64,000 bases of DNA. It comes from Octopus sinensis. Lineage: Eukaryota. The translations under genes and the position numbers were made by a program. A model generated the notes under the pieces. The model was not told the DNA's origin, did not search any database, and worked only from the letters and a program-made list of their open reading frames with translations. The number at the start of each line of letters is the position of its first letter. Position 1 is the stretch's first letter. The stretch is from the NCBI RefSeq assembly GCF_006345805.1, contig NW_021833065.1, positions 124,001 through 188,000 on the forward strand. The letters are read 5' to 3'. Positions 51,771 to 64,000 of the stretch are shown one piece after another.

Positions 51771-53119
51771 CTCACTTTTGCTGCATGCATGCATCAATTT
51801 GTGTTGAGCATAATAGCTTAATACACAAACACACACTTTTATGCATTCAAAAAATGAGGAAGAGTTTATATTTTTTGGAAAACTGTTAATGACTCATCTC
51901 TTCATTACTATGTTTCACACATACACTAGGTTTTTGCCTGCGATGCTTCAGAAAATAATGTGGATAAAGGGGAATGATGCCAGGTGTTAAGTCCGTCAGT
52001 GCATTTGTGCTGGTCATGTAACTGATATGCTGGAGGTTGCAGAACTACTTTTCTTGTGCTTTTGTGGTGTAAAATGGAGAAATCTCAGTTCAAGGTTCTC
52101 ACCATTGAAGTTACTTACTCACCAAAAGCTGAATAGAACTGGCTAAAGCTTATTTTTACAAAATGAATCCTTCAGAAATCTAGAAGTTTTGGTAAATTTT
52201 ATAGAAGACCCTCCTCTAGTAGAAGCAGCTGGGCAGTACTTCTAAAATATTTTGCAGGTTGTTTCAGGATCTGGAACTTTTCAGTGAGGCAATTTCTGCA
52301 GTTTTGTGACTCACTGAAATAGAAAATATCTCTTAAGTCTTTGCTGTAATGCAAAAGCCATGTCAGTTCTTTATCACTAAGCTCCCAGTGAATAGTTGTG
52401 GAATTTTCCCTGTGTTCTTGACCTGAATGGGTAGAAATGTTGAAGGAAGCTATCCTTGTAAGCATAATTAAGCACAAGCATTGGAATGATATCCACAAGA
52501 ATTGGATGACTGGAATACCTGCAGACAAGTATGGATTCAAAATACAAACATGCCTTCTACCTCAGATTTAGGACCTTGAAGTTTTTGAATCCAATATGCA
52601 GCATTGGATAAAAATAAAAGCATAACTGTTTTGTTATTACATCACCTCTTTCTAAACACCTTAAATAACCACATGAAATCCTTCAAACAATCCTCCCATT
52701 GTTCATATATCATCATCATTTTAACACTCACTTTTCCATGGAATTCATGGAGGCATATTTTCTCTAGCCAAACGATGTTCCTGTTGCCAGCCCTCATCTG
52801 TTTCATGCAAGATATTTCCCAATGACCAGACATGTTTTCAAAGAAGAAATGGAAATGAATGATACCGCTTGATGATGGTGACAGTGGTCTACAACTATAA
52901 CATATCAAAACCAAGGCACATGCATGTACACACACACACACACACACACACCACACATTGAACTTATTTCAATTTCTGTCAACCAAATCCACTCGTAACT
53001 CCACTCGTTGGTCTGGTGATATTGTAGAAGACACTTACCCAAGTTTCCACTCAGTGTGATTAAACCCCTAAAACCATGTGATTGGGAAACACACTTTCTA
53101 ACAAACATCACCTGAAGAT

Positions 53120-54285
53120 ATTTAAAACATGCAGCTCCACCACATGAAACTCTATAAAGACAGAAGCAAAGGAATTAGTTTCCCAATAGAAAACTGTGTG
53201 AATCATCTCATCATGCACACACAGCACATTATTCTTAAAGATCACAGCCAGTTTTTTTTTCCCCGAACTCCAAAAATAGGTCAATTAACCCCTCTTTTTA
53301 GAAAAGTAACTTTTCTTGACCTATCAGCATTATCAACCTCAAGATGAGAAACTTCATGACAGTAGAGTAATGGATCTGCAGTGTTCCATCATCAGGTGGA
53401 TACACAATACTGAAAGCATGACATATTGCATGTTCCCTCCGTGTAATACTGTAGTCCTTTATTCATCCATATTTAAGTCTGTCATCATGAAAGCTGTGAA
53501 TTTCAGGAAGGAATTCACCACCATTACTGATCTAGATACTGACATCACAATGAGTGCTAGGAAGTTACTGTTATACAACAATAATTCCTACTTGGTGAAA
53601 AAAGCAAGTGACTGTTTATTCAGTCTTCATGAGTCTCTGATTAATTCTTTAACATTGATATCTTCAATAGAGCATTCCCTATCATAATGTACTAGCTATA
53701 ACCACTTTCACTAGTTCTATTTGATTAAAACCCTGACAAACCACAGGTCAATGTCAAGCCAAAAAGAGGACAATAATCTAGTTCAATCTGTCTTATGACT
53801 TAGAGTTTACCATTATTGTAGCCAGATATTTCCTAAATCTAGCAAACCATCATTTCCCATCCACACAAAAATACTGTAAGTTGTTCAATTCAGACAATAT
53901 TAAGGTCACTTAATCCTGTCGACAACATAAATTCCTAAATCAAGTACTACAATCATAATTACACAGCCACTACCTCATTAACCAATCTGTAACTCTTGAA
54001 ATTCTTTTATCTGTTCACTAAGGGGATTGTGACTTTTAAAACCATAATGACTTGAGATAGCATTGAAAAGAATTCAAGTATCACTTACCTCAACAACGCC
54101 ACTCATTCAAGGAAAATTCACATCTCTGTCACAATTTATCTGGATGCTGAAGAACTGGCAGTGTGAAGACCATTCCATACTTGAATAGATTAGGGCACCG
54201 CAGGCTTTGCTTAACTGAAAAGTCTAAAGTTTATCTTATAATCAAACAATACGCAAATGAGTTTAATGAGCAAGTTTAAAAAATT
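53120..54285 (+). mobile_element. Decayed Penelope-like element, a different lineage from 1356-2835
   Basis: ILKDH..INP; LYSSI..KAVNF..ITMSARKLLLYNN..VKK; YFLNL..HHFP..KLFNSDNIKVT*SC; IWMLK and CLTEK remnants of GIY-YIG. Confidence 0.65.
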
Positions 54286-54372
54286 GAACGTAATACACCA
54301 TACAGTTCTATATTTAAGAGATGAGGAATTAGTTACATTTGACAGATATTTGTCCTCATCTTGTATGTTGTT

Positions 54373-54418
54373 AACACAATGTTTCGGTTGATGTACCCTT
54401 CAGCCTTCATCAGGTGTC
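54373..54418 (-). ncRNA. Minimal (PLE-type) hammerhead ribozyme, left arm
   Basis: GACAC-CTGATGA-A-GGCTGA..TCAACC-GAAAC-A-T-T-GTGTT. Confidence 0.8.
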
Positions 54419-54510
54419 TTGGGGAAATTTTGAACCTGGGTACTCATTCCTAAGGTATTTTTTCAATGTTGTTGTTGTTATTATTATTATTATTATTATT
54501 GTTGTTGTTG

Positions 54511-54578
54511 AGGTCACTGCCTGGAATCGAACTTGGAATCTTGGGGTTAGTAGCCTGCGCTCTTAACCACTACGCCAT
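54511..54578 (-). promoter_or_regulatory. tRNA-derived Pol III internal promoter (not a functional tRNA); decayed mirror copy at 54594-54657 (+)
   Basis: A-box TGGCGTAGTGG, anticodon-like loop CTACTAA, B-box GTTCGATTCC; no convincing acceptor stem. Confidence 0.8.
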
Positions 54579-54734
54579 ATGTCCATGGACACATGGCGTA
54601 GTAAAGAGTACAGGCTACTAACCCCAAGATTCCAAGTTTGATTCCAGGCAATGACCTGAACAATAATAATAATAATAACAACAACATTGAAAAAATACCT
54701 TAGGAATGAGAACCCAGGTTCAAAATTTCCCCAA

Positions 54735-54780
54735 GACACCTGATGAAGGCTGGAGGGTACATCAGCCAAAACGTTGTGTT
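54735..54780 (+). ncRNA. Minimal hammerhead ribozyme, right arm (core G12 mutated to A)
   Basis: GACAC-CTGATGA(54740-54746)-A-GGCTG..CAGCC-AAAAC-G-T-T-GTGTT. Confidence 0.75.
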
Positions 54781-55334
54781 AACAACAAACAAGATGAGGA
54801 CAAATATCCGTCAAATATAAATAATGTAATACACCATTTTAAAAAGTGCTCCATTTTAGTTTCTCGTGTATTTGTGTTACAGATAGATGTAATAGATTGT
54901 CACTCCAGTGGCTTATGGAGTTTTCACAACCTGTCACCAGTTCATAGGACAAATGGACACTAGGTGGAAAGATACAATACCTCATTCTGACAGCGGAAAG
55001 AGAGAGAAACTAGGACTCACAGGAATTGCTAAATATACATACGTCATTGCCTCAAATTACTATCCTGCATTTTGTCCAGGTCATTAGAAGGGAGTAGAGG
55101 AAATAAGCTGTGAATGTGCATGGATATACACAAACACCCACGTACATGAATACATAAATATACGTATGCAAAGACTAACTACTTAATATGCTCATAGGCA
55201 CTCAAGAAAACCATATCAAGTTGTCCAGTCCTGAGTGGTCATTGTGAAAAACAATAAACCAAGAAAATGCATAGAACTGCCTGCCAAAAAAAGAATGAAT
55301 AAAGTAAAAACAACAAAGTATAATAATAATAACA

Positions 55335-55545
55335 ATCCCTTCTACTAAAGGCACAAAGCCTGAAATTTAGTGGGAGGGGACTAGTTGATTACATCAACCC
55401 CAGTATTCCACTGGTACTTATTGACCCCAAAAGGGTGAAAGGCAAAATTGACCTTGGCAGAATTCGAACTCAGAACATAAAGACAGGTAAAATACTACTA
55501 AGAACTTTGCCCAGCATGCTAACGATTCTGCCAGCTTGCTGCCTT
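55335..55545 (-). mobile_element. SINE family A copy
   Basis: AATTCGAACTCAGAAC..GCTAACGATTCTGCCAGCTTGCTGCC. Confidence 0.8.
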
Positions 55546-56970
55546 ATAATAATAGTAGTAGTAGCAGTCAAACAAGTAACAATAGCAAAAATAACAACAA
55601 TAATAGTAATGATTAATAACTGTAATTAATTATTTATTAACTATTGCATCAATCATAATAATGATAGTGAAGTCTTTAATAGTGGTCAAAATCATAACTT
55701 TTTTAAATGAAATACAAGGTAAAAAATTTGTGTAAAGGAGTACAGTCACTTATATGACAGGTACTTTATTTTATTGCCTCCTGAAGAATGAGAGGCAGAG
55801 TTGACGTTAGTGAAATTTGAAACCACAACTGTAATATATATAAGTATACACACACATATTACTTTATATTCCAAGAATTTTACTTAATAAAAAGCTACTA
55901 TTATATGTATTTTCAAAATTAAAAGTAGATTATTTTATTGAGCTTTATATTCCTTTTTTCTTTCTTTCTTTCTTTCTTTTTTTTTTTATAATGAGGTTTG
56001 ATGATGTGACAAGTTTAAGCTTCCAATTCTTTGCAGCCCCTAGTAAAATGTTAATGCGTCCATTTATATAGTCTATAATCATCAACTTAACCTTTTAGCA
56101 TTCAGATTATCAAATGTAGTACTTATTTAATCACATTGTTTTGAATTAATCTTGCAGTTTCAAGATTTCAATGATTGAAAGGCTGAATCTGGCCAGTTTG
56201 AACACAAAATAAAGTAGAATATTTAAGCCAAATATGGCCAGTTTAAATGCTAAGGGGTTATTCATTTTTTTTTCTCTGTGAGGGAGCGAATACATACCTA
56301 ATTCTTAAAAATCATAATTAAAATTCCATTGTAGAATCATATTTAGTCTATTTCATAGTAATGAAGAAAATTTTTTTAAATCATAAAATTCCAATTGTAT
56401 ATGCATATTTCAACTGAAGTGGGACCTCTTCAGTGTAATTATAAACTTTGAGTTCAAAGAGAGATGACAATTATTTTTACTTATTCAGTTCAGCTGACTG
56501 AAGCCAGAATAACATGCTGACAAAAGAGCAGGTCTCTTATTTTAATACATATGCAGGTTATACCATAGCTGCAGCCTGGGGCCAAGAGAAAATAGCTTGA
56601 ATGGAAAATAAAAGACAAATGTGTTTCATAGATATTTAAAATCTGTATTTTACATTTTCCCCCTATACAAAATACTTTTGTGTCCATTTTGAGTTGAGCC
56701 AATTTCAGGTGGTAGCAAGCCAATTTTAGCTACCTTTGTGATAAGCATTCATTCTAAACAAGAATATGAATAAGGCTAAAAGCATTCTTATGAAATATAT
56801 AAATTTATGTTGTGGTATGTTACACGATTTCCCTCATACACTAATTTCCAAATTTACTCAAAAAATTTATTTATTCTTGACATTAACTGACGTATGAACA
56901 ATCTATGTATTGTTCTTTTCTACATTTGGTTCCACATTACCTTAACAGATATAACCTCAATATTGTTTTA

Positions 56971-58498
56971 GAGCTAAGCAAGGAATATATAATAATGAAC
57001 CTATTGTATACAGTGCTAAGGTGCACTACAACTCATCAGAAAAAGTAACCAAAACTGCATGAATAGTAGATAGAATATGTGCAGAAAGTGAACAGTGAAA
57101 AAGTCTTTAAAAATAGGTGTGGGGGACATCAATCTAAAGAGTTATCTTTATATTGGCATCCAGGTTTTCCTGTCATTCAAAAATATTCCTAATATAGAAC
57201 TAATTGTTGTTTTTTAATTAGAGGAAGAAGCTGTGCTCATGGCTCTTGTAGATGCTCTAAAATCACTATGGTTTATGTCTTCTTGAACAATTACAAGTCA
57301 GTGGCTGGAAGAAAATTATGGTCTATGGCAGAAAGTTAAGGAATAGTGGTTGGTGCAAGATTTGGAATTGTAGACGCTCTTAGGAAAAAGAGGAAGAGAA
57401 ACAAATGAGTTAAGTGGCATGAGATCAACCAGCCTTTAAAAATGAGTGGCCATTGTTATAACAGTAGAAATGAAAATAAGGAGCTAAGCAAGGAATATAT
57501 AATAATGAACCTATTGTATACAGTGCTAAGGTGCACTACAACTCATCAGAAAAAGTAACCAAAACTGCATGAATAGTAGATAGAATATGTGCAGAAAGTG
57601 AACAGTGAAAAAGTCTTTAAAAATAGGTGTGGGGGACATCAATCTAAAGAGTTATCTTTATATGGCATCCAGGTTTTCCTGTCATTCAAAAATATTCCTA
57701 ATATAGAACTAATTGTTGTTTTTTAATTAGAGGAAGAAGCTGTGCTCATGGCTCTTGTAGATGCTCTAAAATCACTATGGTTTATGTTCTTCTGAACAAT
57801 TACAAGTCAGTGGCTGGAAGAAAATTATGGTCTATGGCAGAAAGTTAAGGAATAGTGGTTGGTGCAAGATTTGGAATTGTAGACGCTCTTAGGAAAAAGA
57901 GGAAGAGAAACAAATGAGTTAAGTGGCATGAGATCAACCAGCCTTTAAAAATGAGTGGCCATTGTTATAACAGTAGAAATGAAAATAAGGAGCTAAGCAA
58001 GGAATATATATAATGAACCTATTGTATACAGTGCTAAGGTGCACTACACTCATCAGAAAAAGTAACCAAAACTGCATGAATAGTAGATAGAATATGTGCA
58101 GAAAGTGAACAGTGAAAAAGTCTTTAAAAATAGGTGTGGGGGACATCAATCTAAAGAGTTATCTTTATATTGGCATCCAGGTTTTCCTGTCATTCAAAAA
58201 TATTCCTAATATAGAACTAATTGTTGTTTTTTAATTAGAGGAAGAAGCTGTGCTCATGGCTCTTGTAGATGCTCTAAAATCACTATGGTTTATGTTCTTC
58301 TTGAACAATTACAAGTCAGTGGCTGGAAGAAAATTATGGTCTATGGCAGAAAGTTAAGGAATAGTGGTTGGTGCAAGATTTGGAATTGTAGATGCTCTTA
58401 GGAAAAAGAGGAAGAGAAACAAATGAGTTAAGTGGCATGAGATCAACCAGCCTTTAAAAATGAGTGGCCATTGTTATAACAGTAGAAATGAAAATAAG
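56971..58498 (+). repeat. Tandem triplication of a ~510-bp unit
   Basis: GAGCTAAGCAAGGAATATAT starts units at 56971, 57481 and 57990; copies differ mainly by 1-nt indels. Confidence 0.95.
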
Positions 58499-58800
58499 GA
58501 GATGATAGCATGTGTTTGTGAATAATCTATGCTGATCATTTAGGTGACCTTTTTTGGAAATGTAATCTAGGATGTTCATATGTGTAGCAGCATTGCCATT
58601 CCAGACGTGGGAGCAGTATTCCATTACAGGTTTCACATGACTTTTTGTAGAGAGCAATTGTTGGTAGCTAAAGTATTTTCTGACCTTGAAAAGAAAGACC
58701 AGTCTCTATGATGAAGTTTTGGTTAATCTGTGGATGTGAAATCACTAGCATAGATCAGTAATTGAGAAGTCTAACTTTGCTATTAACTTAGAGGTTTTAG
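58300..58800 (-). mobile_element. CR1/Jockey-like LINE RT C-terminal relic
   Basis: KSHVKPVMEYCSHVW..ILDYI resembles the YK..IRP.LEY...W motif. Confidence 0.55.
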
Positions 58801-61800
58801 TTTGTAATAATATTCATAAGTGGGAGGGGTTTAAAAGATTGTTCCTTTGATGTATACAGTGATTGACTTGTAGCACTATTGAAGGAGACATGATTTATAT
58901 GGTCCTGTTAGAAAATAATTTGAAGGTTTCTCTTCATGGAAACAATGTTGTATGTGGATGATACTTGTATATAAAAAGTTAAGTGAAAGAGTATATCATC
59001 CATATAGCAAACCATTGAGAAATAGGTCCAAATATATTGCATCTTTTTTTAGCCTCTTCAATTTGTTTTTCTTTCACAGTCCTTTTGAAACAAGTACTGT
59101 TAATAGCTAGAAGGAATATATACCACTCTGGATTTATAAAGTCGAAATACCTCCATTAAATATCTGATACAATATGTTTCATTTGATTTCTTTGTTTTAA
59201 GGTAGATCAGCTCAATCATAACTACCTTTGGCTAGCTAATATCATTGGCTAATTTAAAACATTACCAGCACTTCATATGAGTATAGCTCTTGAGTTTTTT
59301 CCTCTTTAAAACACTATCATAAAAAGAAAGAAAGCCAATCATTTCCAGATATTTTAATTTACATTACACTTCACTTTAATTGGTTCTTGTCTTCGACAAT
59401 GCCCCATTGTCATATTTTTTCCTATGACCTGTTATTTCTGACTAAGATTTTGTAGCTATTGTAGTTAGTAAAATTTTGTCACTTGTTGGTGTCTATTATG
59501 ACCCAACAGTAGACAGTGTGCTATCATTGTAATCCTATCCCTAACACATATATTGTGATGACACCACCAAGATAACAATTTCTATAAGTGAAGTCATTTA
59601 GATTAGGATTAGTTAAACACACACCCACCACCTTAAGAGAAAGTGGTTAAATTAAAAGTTATTGCAAAATTGGTTCAAGTGGTGTTCGTAACCTGAGTAA
59701 AGTGTTATTAACTTGTTTTGTTAATAATAACTTTTATTCATATATAACTGCTATAATGACTTCCTAAAACTTGATTTGTTTTAATCAGTTCATGTAATGA
59801 GAAAAATCATAGCAACAATCAAAATAGTATTCTGCTAAATTTTGTACTTGTTGAAATTATATATTGGGTTTTGTTTACAACTAGTGTTTGAAGACAATCT
59901 CCCATTAAATATGACAACACGTAATATGTTTGGTGTCAGCATTGTGATAAAATGTTATATTGATATTCACAAGCAACAGCTTAAAGTATACTCTTAAAGG
60001 ATTTTGTTTGCATACAAAATGGCAAAGTACCTCCTATCAAAACAGAATTTTCAATACACAATATTTGGCAAGGAATTAGTATGACTGACTAAATATGAAA
60101 TTTTTTAAATGAAAGATTGTACCAAGATGAAACTTAAAAAAAAAAATGAATGAATGGAAATTAAAGGCATCAAAATATTTGTTGCTAAAAATAAAATAAT
60201 GATGGTGTACAAACTTGTAGAAAAATGGATAAATGGCTACATTTTACAAGTTGGGTACATGAATTGAAGTAATTATACTTACATAAAAAAAAATTGAATA
60301 AAATTTAGAAGTGTAGAGGAAAGTAATTCAGCAGACTTTTGCACTCTTAAGCCAATAATCTATATGTGAGGTCATTCATAAGGCATAAATAAAATTAAAA
60401 GAAAAACTGTTATACATAAACTGTTTGAAAGACCAACACTTGAAAATTCATTATATATGTTAATATTTTGATAACTCCTGAGCCCATTTTCTTGAAATCT
60501 CTTGGCTAATTCTCTTTCTCCTTGCTTTTTTCATTTATTAAAGCATTACAAAGGAACAATCTAAAAAGATTTTTCTGACTGTTTTCATTTTTAATTTAAG
60601 GATTGATGAACATTGTGACATAAGCCTTTTTTTCCACTTTGTAGATCTTTCAGTTGTCTTCTCATTTGGATCTAGATACAGAACAGCTAGGCATTGCACT
60701 AGATACAATAAAGTTTTCCTCACTGAAAGACATGCCTTCACCATTTGTTCTGCTTTTTGCAATTGCTGTAGATTAAAAGAAAAACTACTACTTACATAAT
60801 TCTACTGATGAAAATGTCACTGCTTGGCTTCCAACAAAATATATTATTAAATGAAAGTAAAATTTTAATCTGTACTTACCTTTCTTGGATTTATTTCTTT
60901 TTTTATCAGTCAAAACCCAGAAAAGAATAGACGAGTCAGATATTTAAATATTTCATAATTTATGCACAGCATTTGTATACATTCACAAATTATTAGACAG
61001 CAATTTAGAACCTTGCCAATTATGTTATTTGCTTTCTTTTCCTAGCCTGTGATCAGTTATTCAGTTCTCTGTAATTGTACACTAACAAAATTAATACTCT
61101 TATTGTTAAGGGATATAAGCATTCACTGTTACAATTGTTTTAGCTCCAGATCAGCCCTGATTGAGCAAATCTATAATCAAAAGCATTTCAGCTTTGCCTA
61201 TCTTGCCTTTCTCTTGAGCATTGCATATTGAGAACTGCTTCATTCAATATGTATCTCTTCTTTTTCACGATGTTAGGGTATGAAATGAAGATGTGGTTGT
61301 TATTACTTGTAGGCTGAGCTGTCACATAAAACCTCACTGAGACTTTCACGATAGGGGTATCACTTTCAGTTATTTTTTTATTTACTCTATTTTGGCATTT
61401 GTATGTCAGTCTTCTTGTAATTTTGATTTTCCAAAAATAACCAACGTACAAATCTTTGTTCAGCTGCTATGAATTATTAGCTATATTTAACAAATCGAAA
61501 AGCTGAATTTTTTGTCTCCTCTTTTCAAACTAAACTGGTACCATTGTGTCTGCTTCTGATGATAAATTAATGCTCACAAAATTGGCTTCAGATTCTTATA
61601 AAAACAATTTTGTTTCGCCTGTGCTGTGAGGAAAGGCATGAATGTTAATACATTTTACAGATAAAAATATAAATATTTTGTACCCATTCATTATTGCTTA
61701 ATGTCTGTATTCCATGCTGACATGGATTGGACAGTTTGACAGGAACCAACAAGATAGAGAACTGTATGATTTCTATGGCTGGATGCCCCTCCTATTGCAA

Positions 61801-61949
61801 TCTATTTGCAGAATATAAATGTGGTCACCAAGCAACTTGCAAGATGAGATACCCCTCAACTCAGTTAGAGTGTATTATTAAGGGAGGTAGTTTTATACCA
61901 GGTGTTGAGAGGTTAAAGTATAATAGAGGGACAAGAACAGGCCTCTTAC

Positions 61950-62182
61950 TTATTTCTTTACTACCCATATGGGGCTAAACATAGAGGGGACAAACAAGGA
62001 CAGACAAATGGATTAAGTCGATTACATCGACCCCAGTGTGTAACTGGTACTTAATTTATCGACCCCAAAAGGATGAAAGGCAAAGTCAACCTTGGCGGAA
62101 TTTGAACTCAGAATGTAACGGCAGACGAAATACGGCTACGCATTTCGCCCGGCGTGCTAACGATTCTGCCAGCTCGCCGCCC
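61950..62182 (-). mobile_element. SINE family A, full-length copy
   Basis: End-to-end reverse-complement match to 4050-4283. Confidence 0.9.
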
Positions 62183-62989
62183 TTACTGAAGAGGAGATAC
62201 ATGCTTCTTAGCTGGAATGGGAGAAAAGACATGGTAAAAGTGTACCTTCAAAGTACAAGGTGAATATAAGGGAAAGAATTGGAATGGAGGAATTGAAGGG
62301 AAGGGTAGGTAAGTTCCCAAGGGTGTGAAAGGAAACTAATATATGGTTAGAGAAGGGAATAGAGGTAGGTGCAGTAAATAGAACACATAGCTAGAGACAC
62401 AGTCAGTGATGAGTATTAGTTTGGGGAAGATGTGAAGGAAATTGTATTGGGTCAAGGATGAAGAAGAGGGGATAAATGAGAGTAAAAGGGAGACAATGTA
62501 AAGTATAGTGGAGATATATAGTGAATAATCTTGTTGTTAATGAAAGAATCTGAGTTAGAAGATGAGTTGTGGGAGAAATGATATCCTTTATTTGTTATAT
62601 TCAGTATCCATCTATATCATTTTTATTGTTACTCTGGTGTTTTCTATACATCTAGATTCATATGTAATATTATAAATAGTTTAGTTTAAAGTGCAGTGGA
62701 TGGCAGAATCACATAGATCTGTATAGTTACTGGATACAGCCCCTCCTCTAGACTAATCTTCATCATTATTATTTTAATGTTTACTTTTCCATTCTTGCAT
62801 GGGTCAACTGAGACTTATTGAAGCAGATTTCTAATCAGATGCTCTTCCTAATGCCAACACTCTCCTGTTTCCAAGCAATGTTATATTTACCCTCATCTTT
62901 GAACACAAACAGTACGATGAACAGGCATTCATTACTTCACAAATTTCCCAGAGGATATTATATTTAAAGATTGCAAATAATTGATGCAC

Positions 62990-63135
62990 ACGCATGTGAC
63001 AGGCTTCCACACAATTTCTGCTTATCAAATTCACTAGTAAGATATTGGCCACCCCAGGGCTATGGTAGAAGACACTAGCCCAAGATGCTGCACTGGGACT
63101 CAGCCCCAAACCTTGTAATTGCAAAGCAAACTTCT
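62990..63135 (-). mobile_element. SINE family B 5' fragment
   Basis: CCAGGGCTATGGTAGAAGACACTAGCCCAAG..TGGGACTCAGCCC. Confidence 0.65.
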
Positions 63136-64000
63136 TTTTTTTTTATACATCCTGCAATTGTGACCTTACAACCCAATTTCTTTGAATGGTGCTAAAACTT
63201 AATTGCTACACTTATTTACACATGCCATTAACACTGTATCCGTTATCAACACTCCTTACACGGAAAATTGACAATCTATGGTATCTCATGAAAGCTGTAC
63301 ATACTTCACATAACAAAGTATCACAAAGGCTAGGTTTCCTTTTGAAAACAAAACAATATTTCAAGTGTAAATAGCTCTTCATTTTGGGCCTTAAATTAGT
63401 GTTGCTCATGTATGAGGAACAGCACATCATACTAATATACTAGACATATTCCAAGCCACATCTAAGAAACAGCATAATTGTCAAACTTTCATTTATGCAC
63501 TGGTCTCTCACCAGGATGTATCCTACAATAAACTTTGCTACTTTGACTAAACCTACCACCAAAAGCTATACTATAAATTCACTAAATTTATCTCCTTATG
63601 CTCCTAATTACATCATTGTAGCAACTTTCAAATTTTATAATTTATATTTCCTGAGAGCTATCTCTCTCTGGAACTCTGTTCAAGCTAGTATTGTTCCTCC
63701 ACATACTCATCACCAGTAATTCAAAATGAATATTTAGTGACACTAAACTTATCAAATTAATCCACTCCCCTAAAGTGTTAAAAGTAGTGTGTTTGTGTGT
63801 GTAAAGACTGAGTAATTTGTATGTTGTTTAATTTAAATGATAAAAAATTAGCACCACTTCTCTAAAGGATAATTGAGAAAGAATATGCTTGGTTTTTAAG
63901 CTATTTGAATTGGGGAAATGGTTGGTGTTTCTTAAAATTGAAAGACTCATGATGAGTATTCAAATTTTGATACAATTTGTTGGTACAGTTTTAAAAAGGA

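Larger units (their letters stand above)
54302..54825 (-). mobile_element. Palindromic tRNA-head plus hammerhead element with a one-sided tail
   Basis: Arms about 54333-54585 and 54586-54820 are reverse complements around TGTCCA|TGGACA; 12-bp TSD GTAATACACCAT at 54290-54301 and 54826-54837. Confidence 0.9.

Noticed and set aside
54511-54657. Functional tRNA genes
   Set aside because: No proper acceptor stem, weak anticodon stem, no T-run terminator; embedded in a TSD-flanked insertion.
56985-57045. CTGATGAG plus hairpin on the minus strand in each 510-bp unit as a hammerhead
   Set aside because: No GAAA box or stem I partner follows the hairpin; more like a retroposon 3'-end stem-loop.

Overview
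AT-rich, CpG-depleted eukaryotic (animal) DNA packed with (TA)n/(CA)n/(GATA)n microsatellites and retroelements. The repeat landscape (RTE LINEs with (GAT)n tails, tRNA-derived SINEs, Penelope-like elements) looks cephalopod/octopus-like; this is inference from recalled families, not a search result. No intact protein-coding gene can be supported: most ORFs in the track are microsatellite artefacts or decayed transposon frames. Recognisable content: one large 5'-truncated RTE LINE (APE fragment, RT, an embedded PHD-like finger, four tandem 3' UTR copies), many RTE fragments, three tRNA-SINE families, several Penelope-like (PLE) relics, hAT and mariner relics, a Tx1/L1 fragment, a 510-bp tandem triplication, and a likely Pol II promoter/first exon near 40.3 kb. 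The most notable object is a TSD-flanked 524-bp palindrome at 54302-54825. It carries two outward-facing tRNA-derived Pol III heads, each followed by a PLE-type minimal hammerhead ribozyme, plus a one-sided 3' tail: a candidate Penelope-mobilised, ribozyme-bearing SINE. Four further hammerhead-like motifs occur in or near PLE-like remnants.
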